Below, piece after piece: positions 11,301 through 18,518 of a DNA stretch of 64,000 bases. Each line of letters opens with the position of its first letter. Positions within the stretch are counted from its first letter, which is position 1. The notes below the pieces were generated by a model. It was not told where the DNA came from, ran no database searches, and saw only the letters and a list, made by a program, of their open reading frames with translations. The position numbers were made by a program, and so were the translations under genes. Origin of the DNA: an uncultured Planctomycetaceae bacterium (lineage in GTDB: Bacteria; Planctomycetota; Planctomycetia; Planctomycetales; Planctomycetaceae); contig CAXBME010000004.1 in assembly GCA_963976765.1 (NCBI GenBank), forward strand, positions 124,001-188,000. Direction: 5' to 3'.

Positions 11301-11979
11301 GATCAGCCCAGCTGAAACTGACACGCTGATGGATATCGAACAAGCCGACCTCACCGGCGGAGCATCGGCCAACACGATCGACGCGTCTGACTTCTCCGGC
11401 ACTGCCACTCTAATGGGAGGCGACAGTGATGACACAATCACCGGTGCTCAAGGAGCGTCGATGATCAACGGCAACATGGGCAACGACTCGCTGCTCGGAC
11501 TGGGAGCGGCAGACGGAATTATGGGTGGCGGTGGCAATGACTTCATCGACGGTGGAGCCGGCAACGACACGCTGACCGGACAGGCCAACGACGACACCAT
11601 TACGGGCAACATCGGCGATGACAACATCATGGGCGGCGACGGCAACGACCTGATCAACGGCTCGCTCGGCAACGATACGATCAGCGGCGACGCCGGCAAC
11701 GACCGCATTCAGGGCAGCAACCTGTCAGACTATCCAGGCATGCCGCAAATGCCGATCACTGATCTGAATACGATCAACATGAGCGACCGTGATTCTCTGC
11801 TGGGTGGAGCAGGTTCTGACACCATCGCCGGAGCCATCGGAGCCGACTTCATCGACGGAGGAGCCGACGCCGACGTCATCGACGCCCAAAGCGGCGGTGA
11901 CACTACCAACGGCATCGACACCATCGTCGGCGACATGGCCGACAGCATCTTCCGCGATCCCGAAGACACAGTTCTGTAA
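2359..11979 (+). CDS. Giant extracellular Ca-binding RTX-repeat/adhesin-like protein with planctomycete LEPR-XLL-type leader
   Basis: 3206 aa. N-terminal basic stretch and EQLEDRTLL motif; cadherin/Ig-like VNDAP boundaries; beta-helix-like VAPGQSPGILAI segment; many GGxGxDxL nonapeptides in the C-terminal third. Confidence 0.9.
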   Translation: MSFSHWLDRIQARIQSSTRRKATRRRRSQSGQHNIQLPSLTEQLEDRTLLTVGVADIAVVGWNSDGGDDWAIVTLRDIPANEVVFFTDRGWQEPSNTFTNSTFDTALTWTVDADGVPAGTFLSNATLTTQGTVSGSLSFDSGGDQLLIYQTADDMPDSLPPTFIYAFNNNNFGATNGWQDSDAVGGGSSSVPEGLTAVTTSGGAGSAFGLLNEAADNYRYDGPTTDADKATWLSRIHTTGNWTSDDTNALDVSPTQIGNPNTAGTVVVTDAGGGNTAPTVSSAPTDITVTEDTSSNVDLSTTLFTDADGDNLTVTLSINSGTFGMPADGAGVGLGVTETLVNSTTITLNGVAADINTYLDTASNIQYTGASNVNGNDAATLTITPNDGTADGVAAMVNIDITAVNDAPVLDSGQTPTLTTINEDAGDDDGSGADGDDDATNNANNGGDTVAAIVVDASITDVDGVAVEAIAVTIVDNTNGVWQYSLDGGSSWNNFSGTTGSSVDISSSARLLNPTHRIRFVPDSNYSGTATFTFRAWDQSSGTGGGTANASSGGGSTAFSMATDTTSITVSAVNDAPSFSGLDGTPTFNQGGSPVTLDSDVTVSDIELDPLNAGNGDYSGASLVIARNGGANADDTFSFDTSGALFTVSGSNLQSGGQTFATFNNGSGTLTVNYTSSSTTATSALVNNVMQHIQYSNANGMPPATVQLDWTFSDGTDSDTGSSTVSIPALPTTSVTISGGTLTITDVDGGTSNDALTISYSGGTYTITDSGGLILDASTISGSTGSGTAMVTLPDTGVTGINFDVLGGNDSVMVTSLQAAALSNGFTIAGGAGTDSATLDTAIDATGGAVSIAAETINLSGGVTSAGDQTYNGAVVLAASITMTSTSGDIDFGSTVSADGAGRDLTVSALAGNVNFDGAVADAGGANIDDLDVDAATMSVSTTGGTFSTTRSINLNDVGILNIDASTTFTTADASGGAFTSAQNVVAVTGDETLTVDADAAVTIHDGTIASLSVTDATTVTFSGDLITSGTVTVGTSITGDVNVSSVASIQSAGTVSIDNTAGAGSSDIIVDGSITVTGSAGIDFDADDSIAVGLGADGLATSQNGDIDFNGAGTTIRIGDGGNTGRVVTTGMGNIILSSAVGSFNMANNTAGTFLSSGGSVDINATTNATIAGAGIVAAGSIAIDAQDTITLNSEVRSTASTTAITATDTDDDNTATIIVNANVSGTTATLTATDDNTASEVINVTAATENTVGSTIFEAGNGTVNLSGGVTSVGDQTYNGATSIGANNTVLNSTAGGTIEFNSTLAAGANNISIVADEINFNGNVSGSGSLTLAPNTTSTTIGVGGGTGTLDLSDAELAFLQDGFSSITIGDATAGDIDIDSATFSDPVTLVTNGEIHDNAGTDIDAGANTVTADGTVAPGQSPGILAIAGNFMFADNSTFEVEIGGTSPGTASTDHDQVDATGSVSIGTGVTLDLVDFNGFGATITGGESFKIINRTGGTGTFNGLAEGATISNFLGSGLDATITYAGGDGNDVVIDIIATTVTVVGGDLIIDDATGNADNQITVVIDGANYRISDAGARLAAGAGATADGDDILIPIASVTGSIQVITQGGNDTLEVDFSGGNPIPAGGLTFDGGMDSGGGDELIISGNATPFSSQTFNYDNTVPADGFGGNVVLDDGLATRTITYTGLEPVTGGTSVNTTINLPTAVANDATLQNNATSGFIEIIDNGATFEDTTFPNPTGSLTVNLGDNGDSLAINVLDPGFAATLTINGGSGDDTFAFNDGVALDFSINGGAQSTADTVTFAASTSGVSVDVSRLTGIEALVGSGNSDTLVGTSGDDIFDVTAANSGTINTSTAFASFENLTGAGGNDQFLFEEASSRIDGNVDGQAGTDTLSYADNPGGFANITLNGIGTSGYGGIEAGLSSLMAFSNVDSLVATSSGNDFIGGLNLASTWVVTDTTGSYAATGGSTLNLSAFELYSGGSAADTFNVSGTPTANLSGQEGDDAFIFATGASVTGTIFGGTDNDTLSFAASTTDVTVSLTAVNAGDGGFNGTTGLASGGFQSIDTVAGGTGDDTLNGLASTAGVWTVDATNTYVSTNTLQLSGMENLTGSSAADTFNVTPSLTTAINILGGNPATSPGDTLNFTSPTGQNSSLTPDGIDGGTFSTTGGFQEVTYDEIEELIFTGDDTLTVNGTDQDDRFDLTLTGPGTGTLEMTVDVDGTPGPTVSFTIGFSGIQRLVANGGDNNDVFRQNNTGGPLGLTNGIEFNGEAGSDSLEVLNGTATTVAHVFTNANDGSMSIDAFNLVYTGLEPILDTITATDRTFTFNNTDDDITLSDLGGGQSRIESVSSSETVDFTNPTGSLTINAGDGADTVDASASAVAVTINGGDGADEISGTSLPDVINGDAGNDTITGNAGNDVVDGGADDDLLIWNNGDGSDTFDGGDGTDELEVNGSTVSPAGDTITVSANGARFDLTRADGGAGLGPFSLDVGTVETLDLNTLDGDDSVTVADLTGVADLATLQIDAGAGNDRVDASALPDLGLSILLEGGNDNDTITGAAGPSMINGNMGNDSLIGGAAADTIMGGGGDDVMNGGAGGDMLSGQAGDDTLTGGLGDDTLNGGANADRIVESRDADFDLGDATLTISPAETDALVDIEEADLDGGASANTIDASDFSGTVTLMGGDGNDTITGAQGSSVINGNMGNDNLTGLDADDTIMGGGNDDILNGGGGADMLTGQAGNDTLTGGTGNDTMNGGDNDDLLVWNNGDGSDQVDGGADTDELEVNGSTVTPTGDDITVSANGARFDLTRADGGAGLGPFSLDVGTIETLDLNTFAGNDNVTINDLTGVANLASIQVEGGDGNDTIDASALPNLGLNVLLEGGNDNDTITGSAGPSAINGNMGNDSLIGGAAADTIMGGGGDDIMNGGAGGDMLTGQAGDDTMTGGTGDDTMNGGTDTDRIAETRDADFDLGDTSLTISPAETDTLMDIEQADLTGGASANTIDASDFSGTATLMGGDSDDTITGAQGASMINGNMGNDSLLGLGAADGIMGGGGNDFIDGGAGNDTLTGQANDDTITGNIGDDNIMGGDGNDLINGSLGNDTISGDAGNDRIQGSNLSDYPGMPQMPITDLNTINMSDRDSLLGGAGSDTIAGAIGADFIDGGADADVIDAQSGGDTTNGIDTIVGDMADSIFRDPEDTVL
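9590..11581 (+). repeat. Tandem 996-bp (332-aa) intragenic duplication; boundaries approximate
   Basis: WNNGDGSD at 9667 and 10663; EGGNDNDTIT at 10015 and 11011; E(S/T)RDADFDLGD at 10261 and 11257. Offset is 996 in each case. Confidence 0.9.
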
Positions 11980-12019
11980 TGGTCCGGAATTTTCCGACGA
12001 CCGGTTGAAGCATCCACGA

Positions 12020-12054
12020 AAAAGAGCTGCTGCGAGATTTGCAGCAGCTCTTTT
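12020..12054. terminator. Bidirectional intrinsic terminator
   Basis: AAAAGAGCTGCTGC-gagattt-GCAGCAGCTCTTTT between convergent genes. Confidence 0.85.
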
Positions 12055-12207
12055 CGTTTCATCAATGAGGTCGTCAATCCAGGATTGACGCTCGCCAGTA
12101 ATGCCCAGATCTCTCCAGCAACTCCACCCCATCAGTCAGGCCATTGAAGTACGCATAACGGAGACAGCCCTGGATCTGACTCATCTTTCAGAGTCAGACT
12201 TCTCAAG

Positions 12208-12630
12208 TCAGTCTTCGCCGGCTGGGCGGCGGCGGTTTTGCTTTTTGTCAGACCGCTGCTTCTTGTTCGTCAGGCGGCGCTGGACGGAGCCCTTTGTCCG
12301 GCGGGTTGGACGCCTGGTGCGAGGCGCAATAGCGACTTCAAGTAACAGCTCCCGGAGTTTTTCCAGGCAGTCAGCGACATTGCGGCCCTGGTCGCGGTAC
12401 CGCTGACTGTGCATGACCAGCTCGCCGTCTTTGGTCATTCGCCGATGGTACTTCGCCCGAAACCGGGCGAGCACATCCGAAGGCAATGCCGACGACTTAT
12501 CAACGTCCCAGCGCAAGGTGACTTTGGAATTCACCTTGTTGACGTTCTGACCACCGGGGCCGCCGCTGCGAGCAAACGTGAAATCGAACTCGGTCAACGG
12601 AATTGAGATTCGATCGTTGACTCGCAACAT
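12208..12630 (-). CDS. arfB: Ribosome-rescue peptidyl-tRNA hydrolase ArfB (YaeJ)
   Basis: RSGGPGGQNVNKV (GGQ motif), basic C-terminal tail RRPTRRTKGSVQRRL; start placed at ATG 12630. Confidence 0.93.
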   Translation of the reverse strand: MLRVNDRISIPLTEFDFTFARSGGPGGQNVNKVNSKVTLRWDVDKSSALPSDVLARFRAKYHRRMTKDGELVMHSQRYRDQGRNVADCLEKLRELLLEVAIAPRTRRPTRRTKGSVQRRLTNKKQRSDKKQNRRRPAGED

Positions 12631-12648
12631 GACGCTCGTGCCCGTTTC

Positions 12649-12717
12649 GCAGGGTGGACACTGCCCACCGAGTTCGTGTTGACTCTGTTCTATCATGGTG
12701 GGCGGTGCCCACCCTAC
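12649..12717. repeat. REP doublet, family B (GTAGGGTGGGCACYGCCCACC)
   Basis: gcagggtggacactgcccacc at 12649-12669 and inverted ggtgggcggtgcccaccctac at 12697-12717. Confidence 0.8.
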
Positions 12718-15700
12718 TTCAGAAAGACAAACTCTTTAACGTTAAAGAGGACATGACACAGGTCCGCCCACGCTCGCACGTCGGTTTGCCAGTCGGCTCC
12801 GGCTTCGTAGGCTGCGGCCTGAGTCTTCAGAAATTCGATGCCGTCCTGAACTTCCCGCTCGGTCGCGGGGCGCGCAAAGGCGCTTTCGTAAAGTGAAGCG
12901 ATGCGAGTTTCAGCAGGCCCCGGCTGCTCGGCGAGGGTTCGTTTCGCCCAGAGCTCGGCCTGTTGAACGACAAACGGATCGTTCATCAGAATGAGTGCCT
13001 GTGCCGGAACATTGGACTGAGTTCGCCGACCGATCGTCGTAAACGGAATTGGAGTATCGAAAGCCAGCATCATCGGTGGAAGGAAGTTCCGATTCACCGA
13101 CGTGTAAATGCTGCGTCGTCCGTTGCCGTCCAGCGGGCCGCCTCTCGGTCGACCTCGCCCCTGCATGAACGATGTCAGATAAACCGGGACCGGCGGCCCA
13201 AACAGCGTCCGGTCCAATCTTCCCGAAACGGTCAGCATCGCATCGCGAATTGCTTCTCCTTCGAGCCGCCGGATCGGCATGCGATGCCACCAGAGGTTCT
13301 GCGGATCGGAATCCACGTACGCAGGATTCACTTCGCTGTCCATCTGATAAGTCCGAGTCAGCATCAGCGATCGGATCAACTTTTTGATCGACCAGTCACC
13401 TTTGACAAACTGAATTGCCAAGTGATCGAGCAGTTCCGGATGCGTCGGTCGCTGGCCAAGCACTCCGAAGTTGTCCGTCGACGCGACGATGCCTCGACCA
13501 AACAGGTGGTGCCAGATCCGGTTCGCCATCACGCGAGCGGGAAACGGGTTGGATGGATCGAGCAGTCGACTTGCCAGTTCAAGCCGCCCGCTGCCAGATG
13601 TCAACGCTTCCTGATTATCGCCTGAAATTGCAGTCAACATTCGACGAGGAACCACTTCGGCGAGGTTCTTATGACTGCCTCGAATGAAAATGTGTTCGTC
13701 TTCGCTGAATCCGTCGACGGCGGCCAGTACGTACCGAGGTGCCGGCATTGCGGATCCGATCGTCGCGGCTTCTTCCTTTAACCTTGTCAGCGCCTTATCG
13801 TCGTTGCCGAACGAGACAAGGTCACGCTCAATCGCCCAGGCGAACGCATCATTCTTTTCCAGAAGTGGGCCAGCAATCGTGTCACGGCTCTCTGAAATCA
13901 CGATCTGATCGGCGAACGACCGACACGCCGCTTCGAACGAATCGACATTAGACTCGGTGAGCGCAACGTTTGCCGCCGAGACAGGCTCGGCGGTTCGCTG
14001 CCCAGGGTCAGCCAGCCTAACATCGTCCAGCACGACCCAGCCGTCGCCTTCGTCATGAATCTCGATGTGTGCTCTGTGCCCGACGAAATTGGCGACGTCA
14101 CCGCCCTGCCTTGCCCAGTGCAGTCGAGGATTGTTGACGTCAAACTTGCAGCCTCGAAACAACAACGCGTTGTATTCATCCATCACGTAGCCATCGATGA
14201 TCAGGCGGACGGTGATGCCTTCGCCGGCGATCCGGTACAGCAGGTTCGGCTTTGTGAGCGTAAACGTCGGAGACCGCAGAACACCTCGCGGTTTCTTCCC
14301 GAGTCTTGCACTGGAGTAACGGCCTTCCGGAGCGGCAGCCACTCCGATCATCGACGGGCCGGCTGACCCACCATCTAAGTCAAACGCCCAGCCCGTCGCT
14401 GCCCAGTCCCGCAATGTCCCGTTTGATTCGCCGGGAGAGGTATCAACCCGGACGGCATCGACCGAAGTGGTCTCTGCCAGAAACTTCTGCCAGGCCTCGA
14501 CGTCTCGTTTGACTCTTTCCGAAGCGGCGACCGACGACCGCGCGAGTGCTTCCTTCGAAACAGCGGCATTTGAACGTGCATCGCCGACCTGTGACCTCGC
14601 CAGCTCTTTCCATCCCCACGCAGGATGAACCGGTGACGCGACGTCTTCTGCAGACAGTACATTGACCCAGCGGTTCAGCAGCGAGGCATCCAGATTCTGT
14701 TCGCGAGCCACGATGCTGATTGGCCGTTTTGTCGATACCGGGTTCCGGGCATCGGTAAAGACGAAATGATCAACATTGATGTGTCCCCATCCGCCCTTCT
14801 GACGATCGACAATCTGCAGCACCGCACGCTTCCCGACGAACTCCGCAACATTCCATTCGTGAGGGTCAAGCTGCTCACGGTTTTTCCCGACCGCCGTCCG
14901 AACAACTTTCTGGTCAACAAGCAGATCGACACAGGTCTTACTTTTGAAGCTGCCTCCACCGATCAGAAATCGAATCACATTCCGTTCGATCGTAAATTCC
15001 GGCGACGTCAACGTCCCGGTCAGGTTGTCATTTGCGGCGTAGGAGTTCACCAGTTTTTTCCCGGCGAATCCGGTAACCGGCTGCTGGTTGGAGAATCCAG
15101 CCGCAGTCGGCCCGGTGGCAAAGGCTTTTCCCGCCGGTTTCCAGTCCCCAAAGTCCTCGCCTTCAAAATCAGCGAAGATGATGTCTGGCCGCCGCCCTTC
15201 AGACGTTGCCTCATCACCAGGTTTCGGATTGCCGAACAGAACTTCGGCAGCGCCAGTCAGCATCGCAGAGACTCGACCAGCGTGTGCTGCCTGTTCGGTC
15301 TGGAGCGATGCCTGCACGATTCGATCGGCTCGCAGCCGGATTTCTCGAAGCCTGCTGACTGCGGCTTCGATCTGCCCATTCGGGTCCTGGTAAGCGTGCT
15401 GGCGGTGCGAACTCTGCATGAAGCCGGCCAGCGCGTAATAGTCTGCTGTCGAAATCGCGTCGAACTTGTGATCGTGACAACGAGCGCAGGCGACGGTCAG
15501 GCCGAGAAAGGTTTTTGAGAAAACGTCCAGTTGATTGTCGATGATCGAAGCCTCTTCGCCCTTCACATCGACCGGGGCATGCTTCAGCTCACCGAGCCAC
15601 CAGAAGCCGGTTCCGAGGATTGACTCGTTCGTCTGGTCTTCCGGGTTGCGGCGCGGATCAGCCAGCAGGTCGCCCGCAACATGCTCGGTCACAAACTGGT

Positions 15701-16652
15701 TGTAAGGAACGTCGTTGTTCAACGCTCGAATGACATAGTCGCGGTAGGAGTGAGCGTATTTCAGCTGGTAGTCGAACTCGTGCCCGAGGGATTCACCATA
15801 ACGGACCAGATCCAGCCAGTGCCGCCCCCAGCGTTCTCCAAAGTGCGGCGATTTCAGCAAACGGTCGATGACTTTTTCAAACGCCACCGGCGTCTTGTCT
15901 TTGTCGTCAAGAAACTGGTGAATTTCTTCCGGCGACGGCGGCAGGCCGATCACATCAAAGTACGCTCGGCGAATCAGCGTGCGGCGATCAGCATCGGCAG
16001 TTGGCTTCAGGCCGTGCTGATCCAGTCCAGCCAGGATAAAGCGGTCGGTTTCTGACCTCGGCCAGTTTGCGTCAGAGACTTCTGGAGTTTCAACCTGCCT
16101 GATCGGCTGCCAGGCCCAGTGCGACTGTCGCCGCGCGTCGAGCGGAAACTCCTCGTCGGCCACTTCAGCGATCAGTCCGTCTTCTGACCAGGGCAGGCCG
16201 AGTTCAATCCATTTTCGGAAGATGGCAATCTCGCCGGCGGGCAATTTTCCTTTCGGAGGCATCTCGAACGATTCGTAGTCTACGGCCTCGATAAGCAGGC
16301 TTTCGTCCGGCTTGCCCGGCACGGCTGACGCTCCACTATCCCCCCCCTTCAGAACGAGCGACCGAGCGTCGAGCCGCAGTCCGCCTTCGAGCCGTTTGGC
16401 CCCTTTCGAGTGGCACTCGTAGCAGCGAGCCTGCAACAGCGGCTGCACTTTTTTCTGAAAGAAATCGACGGCCTCGGCATCAAACGTCGGAGTTTTCCGC
16501 TCACTGGACGGCTTCCCGTCGGTCGGCTGTTCGTCAGCAGCGAGACACACCTGCCAGCTTGAAATCAGCCACACGGCAAACAACCAGGCAACAATCGCCA
16601 GACTGCATTTACTTCCGATCAGCATTCTGTGGGAACTGCTTCGTCGAGACAT
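12714..16652 (-). CDS. PSD1 and planctomycete cytochrome c domain protein (PSCyt1, DUF1549, DUF1553)
   Basis: Signal peptide; CYECH and CARCH heme motifs; GERWGRHWLDLVRY; RVMANRIWHHLFGRGIV; PTHPELLDHLA; RRLEGEAIRD; PAQALILMN. Confidence 0.92.
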   Translation of the reverse strand: MSRRSSSHRMLIGSKCSLAIVAWLFAVWLISSWQVCLAADEQPTDGKPSSERKTPTFDAEAVDFFQKKVQPLLQARCYECHSKGAKRLEGGLRLDARSLVLKGGDSGASAVPGKPDESLLIEAVDYESFEMPPKGKLPAGEIAIFRKWIELGLPWSEDGLIAEVADEEFPLDARRQSHWAWQPIRQVETPEVSDANWPRSETDRFILAGLDQHGLKPTADADRRTLIRRAYFDVIGLPPSPEEIHQFLDDKDKTPVAFEKVIDRLLKSPHFGERWGRHWLDLVRYGESLGHEFDYQLKYAHSYRDYVIRALNNDVPYNQFVTEHVAGDLLADPRRNPEDQTNESILGTGFWWLGELKHAPVDVKGEEASIIDNQLDVFSKTFLGLTVACARCHDHKFDAISTADYYALAGFMQSSHRQHAYQDPNGQIEAAVSRLREIRLRADRIVQASLQTEQAAHAGRVSAMLTGAAEVLFGNPKPGDEATSEGRRPDIIFADFEGEDFGDWKPAGKAFATGPTAAGFSNQQPVTGFAGKKLVNSYAANDNLTGTLTSPEFTIERNVIRFLIGGGSFKSKTCVDLLVDQKVVRTAVGKNREQLDPHEWNVAEFVGKRAVLQIVDRQKGGWGHINVDHFVFTDARNPVSTKRPISIVAREQNLDASLLNRWVNVLSAEDVASPVHPAWGWKELARSQVGDARSNAAVSKEALARSSVAASERVKRDVEAWQKFLAETTSVDAVRVDTSPGESNGTLRDWAATGWAFDLDGGSAGPSMIGVAAAPEGRYSSARLGKKPRGVLRSPTFTLTKPNLLYRIAGEGITVRLIIDGYVMDEYNALLFRGCKFDVNNPRLHWARQGGDVANFVGHRAHIEIHDEGDGWVVLDDVRLADPGQRTAEPVSAANVALTESNVDSFEAACRSFADQIVISESRDTIAGPLLEKNDAFAWAIERDLVSFGNDDKALTRLKEEAATIGSAMPAPRYVLAAVDGFSEDEHIFIRGSHKNLAEVVPRRMLTAISGDNQEALTSGSGRLELASRLLDPSNPFPARVMANRIWHHLFGRGIVASTDNFGVLGQRPTHPELLDHLAIQFVKGDWSIKKLIRSLMLTRTYQMDSEVNPAYVDSDPQNLWWHRMPIRRLEGEAIRDAMLTVSGRLDRTLFGPPVPVYLTSFMQGRGRPRGGPLDGNGRRSIYTSVNRNFLPPMMLAFDTPIPFTTIGRRTQSNVPAQALILMNDPFVVQQAELWAKRTLAEQPGPAETRIASLYESAFARPATEREVQDGIEFLKTQAAAYEAGADWQTDVRAWADLCHVLFNVKEFVFLK

Positions 16653-16845
16653 CAGCTCAGACTCCGGGCAATGTTAAACAGTAATGAGGGATCTGCCTGA
16701 ATCTTATGCGAGGTGCCACTCAATCAGAAACAGATGCGGCATTCGGGCGTCGCTCGGTCGATGCGTCAGGAACCGGAAACCTCACTATCGGACACGGGGA
16801 ATCTCCGGGCGTCCGTCCCGCACACCGTTTTGACAGGGCCAGGGC

Positions 16846-17721
16846 ATGGCTGAGCTGACAGATGAATTGATCGATCAGATTTTTGAAGGTTGCCGTTCGA
16901 ACATCGCCAACCTGACACAGTCGCTCAGTACAAATCTGAGCGGTGAGTTTCAACTTCAACCGATCGAGGAAGTCAAAGGCTCGGCAGAAATTCTCGCTAA
17001 AGTTTCCGAACAGCCGGGCATCGTCGTCACTTTGAAATACGACGGGTTCGGGATCCTGTGCCTGATCCCGGAAGACCTGCCAATCCCAGACTGGTATCGC
17101 AGCCCGAACGATTCTCAGGCGGCGCAGTTGCAGACGCTACCGACGGAATGGTCTGTTGGCATGGTGCCGATGGAGTTGAAAGCCGTCGAAGAAAAGTCGC
17201 TCACCTGCGAAAATCTGCGTGCTCATCTGGAAGCCTGCCAGCCGACCGAAGCAGCCAGAATGCTCGAGCTGACCGCATCGGTCGTCGGCAGCGAGACGTC
17301 AGTGACGATTCAACTGGTGATGCCCGTTGCCAATCCGATCACCGAGCAACCGACCAGCGACTCGTCAGAAGCGGGCGAAGCTGAGGGCAGCAAAACGCCA
17401 GCTCCAGAAACGGACGTCACCACGTCAAAACCGGCATTGATGGATCCCAATCTGGTCAAACGGTTTGCGAGAATCAGTAAGGTCCCGGTGAGCCTGATCG
17501 TTCGCATTGCCGAACGGAAACTCGAACTCGAACAGCTGCGCAGAATCGCTCCAGGAACCCTGCTGATGTTCGACAAGCCGCACGACTCGCTGCTGGACGT
17601 GTACGTCGACAACCGACTCTACTGTCGCGGCGAGGCTGTCAAGATCGGCGAAACGTTCGGCGTTAGAATCAGCGAGTGCAATTCGCAGGTCATTCGCGAG
17701 AAGAAGGTTCACCAGGTATAA
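16846..17721 (+). CDS. FliM/FliN-family (SpoA) C-terminal domain protein
   Basis: C-terminal VPVSLIVRIAE...LDVYVDNRLYCRGEAVKIGETFGVRISE matches the SpoA pattern. Confidence 0.8.
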   Translation: MAELTDELIDQIFEGCRSNIANLTQSLSTNLSGEFQLQPIEEVKGSAEILAKVSEQPGIVVTLKYDGFGILCLIPEDLPIPDWYRSPNDSQAAQLQTLPTEWSVGMVPMELKAVEEKSLTCENLRAHLEACQPTEAARMLELTASVVGSETSVTIQLVMPVANPITEQPTSDSSEAGEAEGSKTPAPETDVTTSKPALMDPNLVKRFARISKVPVSLIVRIAERKLELEQLRRIAPGTLLMFDKPHDSLLDVYVDNRLYCRGEAVKIGETFGVRISECNSQVIREKKVHQV

Positions 17722-17773
17722 GGTGGTGAGTTTGCCGTCTTCATTCCTGCTGCCTGATTCCGCATTTTCACCC

Positions 17774-18448
17774 ATGAGTCCACCCGCTGATTCCTCGCCT
17801 CACCCCACACGCCGCAACATCGTCTGGCTGACGCTGCAGTATATGATGCGGCTGGTCTACCTGTTCTGGTTAAGATTTCAGGCGCGAGGTCTTGAGAATG
17901 TCCCTCCGACCGGCGGAGGACTTGTCCTGATCAATCACCAAAGCTTTCTCGACCCGACGCTGGTCGGCCTGCCATTGCGACGCCCGGTCAGCTACCTCGC
18001 GCGAGACTCGCTTTTTCGCGTTCCGTTCATCGGCTGGGTTCTTCGTAACACCTACGTGATGCCGATCAATCGGGATGCCGCCAGCACCGCTTCCATCCGC
18101 ACGGCGTTGCAGCGCATGAACGACGGTTTTCTGGTCGGTCTCTTTCCGGAAGGAACCCGCAGCCTTGACGGCAACGTTGGTGAGTTCAAACCCGGGTTTA
18201 TTTCACTGATTCGCCGAGCGAAAGTCCCCGTCTATCCGGTGGGCATCGCCGGTGCTCACGAAGCAATGCCTCGCGGCGGCGTCCGACTGTGGCCTCAGAA
18301 AGTTCGAGTTGTCTTCGGACAGCCACTGAGCAACGACGAAGTCGCCCGCCTCAGCACGAAAGGCCACGAAGAAGAACTGGTCGCCTACGTCCGGTCAGCC
18401 GTCGAAGCCTGCCAGCAGGAAGCTCAAGCCTGGCGAGACGGACTGTAG
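17774..18448 (+). CDS. plsC: 1-acyl-sn-glycerol-3-phosphate acyltransferase (PlsC-like)
   Basis: NHQSFLD (HX4D) and FPEGTRS motifs; ORF open from 17723. Confidence 0.88.
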   Translation: MSPPADSSPHPTRRNIVWLTLQYMMRLVYLFWLRFQARGLENVPPTGGGLVLINHQSFLDPTLVGLPLRRPVSYLARDSLFRVPFIGWVLRNTYVMPINRDAASTASIRTALQRMNDGFLVGLFPEGTRSLDGNVGEFKPGFISLIRRAKVPVYPVGIAGAHEAMPRGGVRLWPQKVRVVFGQPLSNDEVARLSTKGHEEELVAYVRSAVEACQQEAQAWRDGL

Positions 18449-18450
18449 CT

Positions 18451-18512
18451 ACAGGGTGGGTACTGCCCCATCAGAAAACATAAACCGATCGACACATTGG
18501 TGGGCAGTGCTC
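18451..18512. repeat. Degenerate REP doublet, family B
   Basis: acagggtgggtactgcccca and ggtgggcagtgctc between convergent plsC and thrC. Confidence 0.6.
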
Positions 18513-18518
18513 GGCATC

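Noticed and set aside
9500..11950. CRISPR-like or DGR-like repeats
   Set aside because: The repeats are in-frame RTX units. Differences between copies are mostly synonymous and not adenine-specific, and no cas or reverse transcriptase gene is in the window.
2388..12132. Many Ser/Pro/Val-rich minus-strand ORFs
   Set aside because: Antisense shadows of the repetitive giant CDS.
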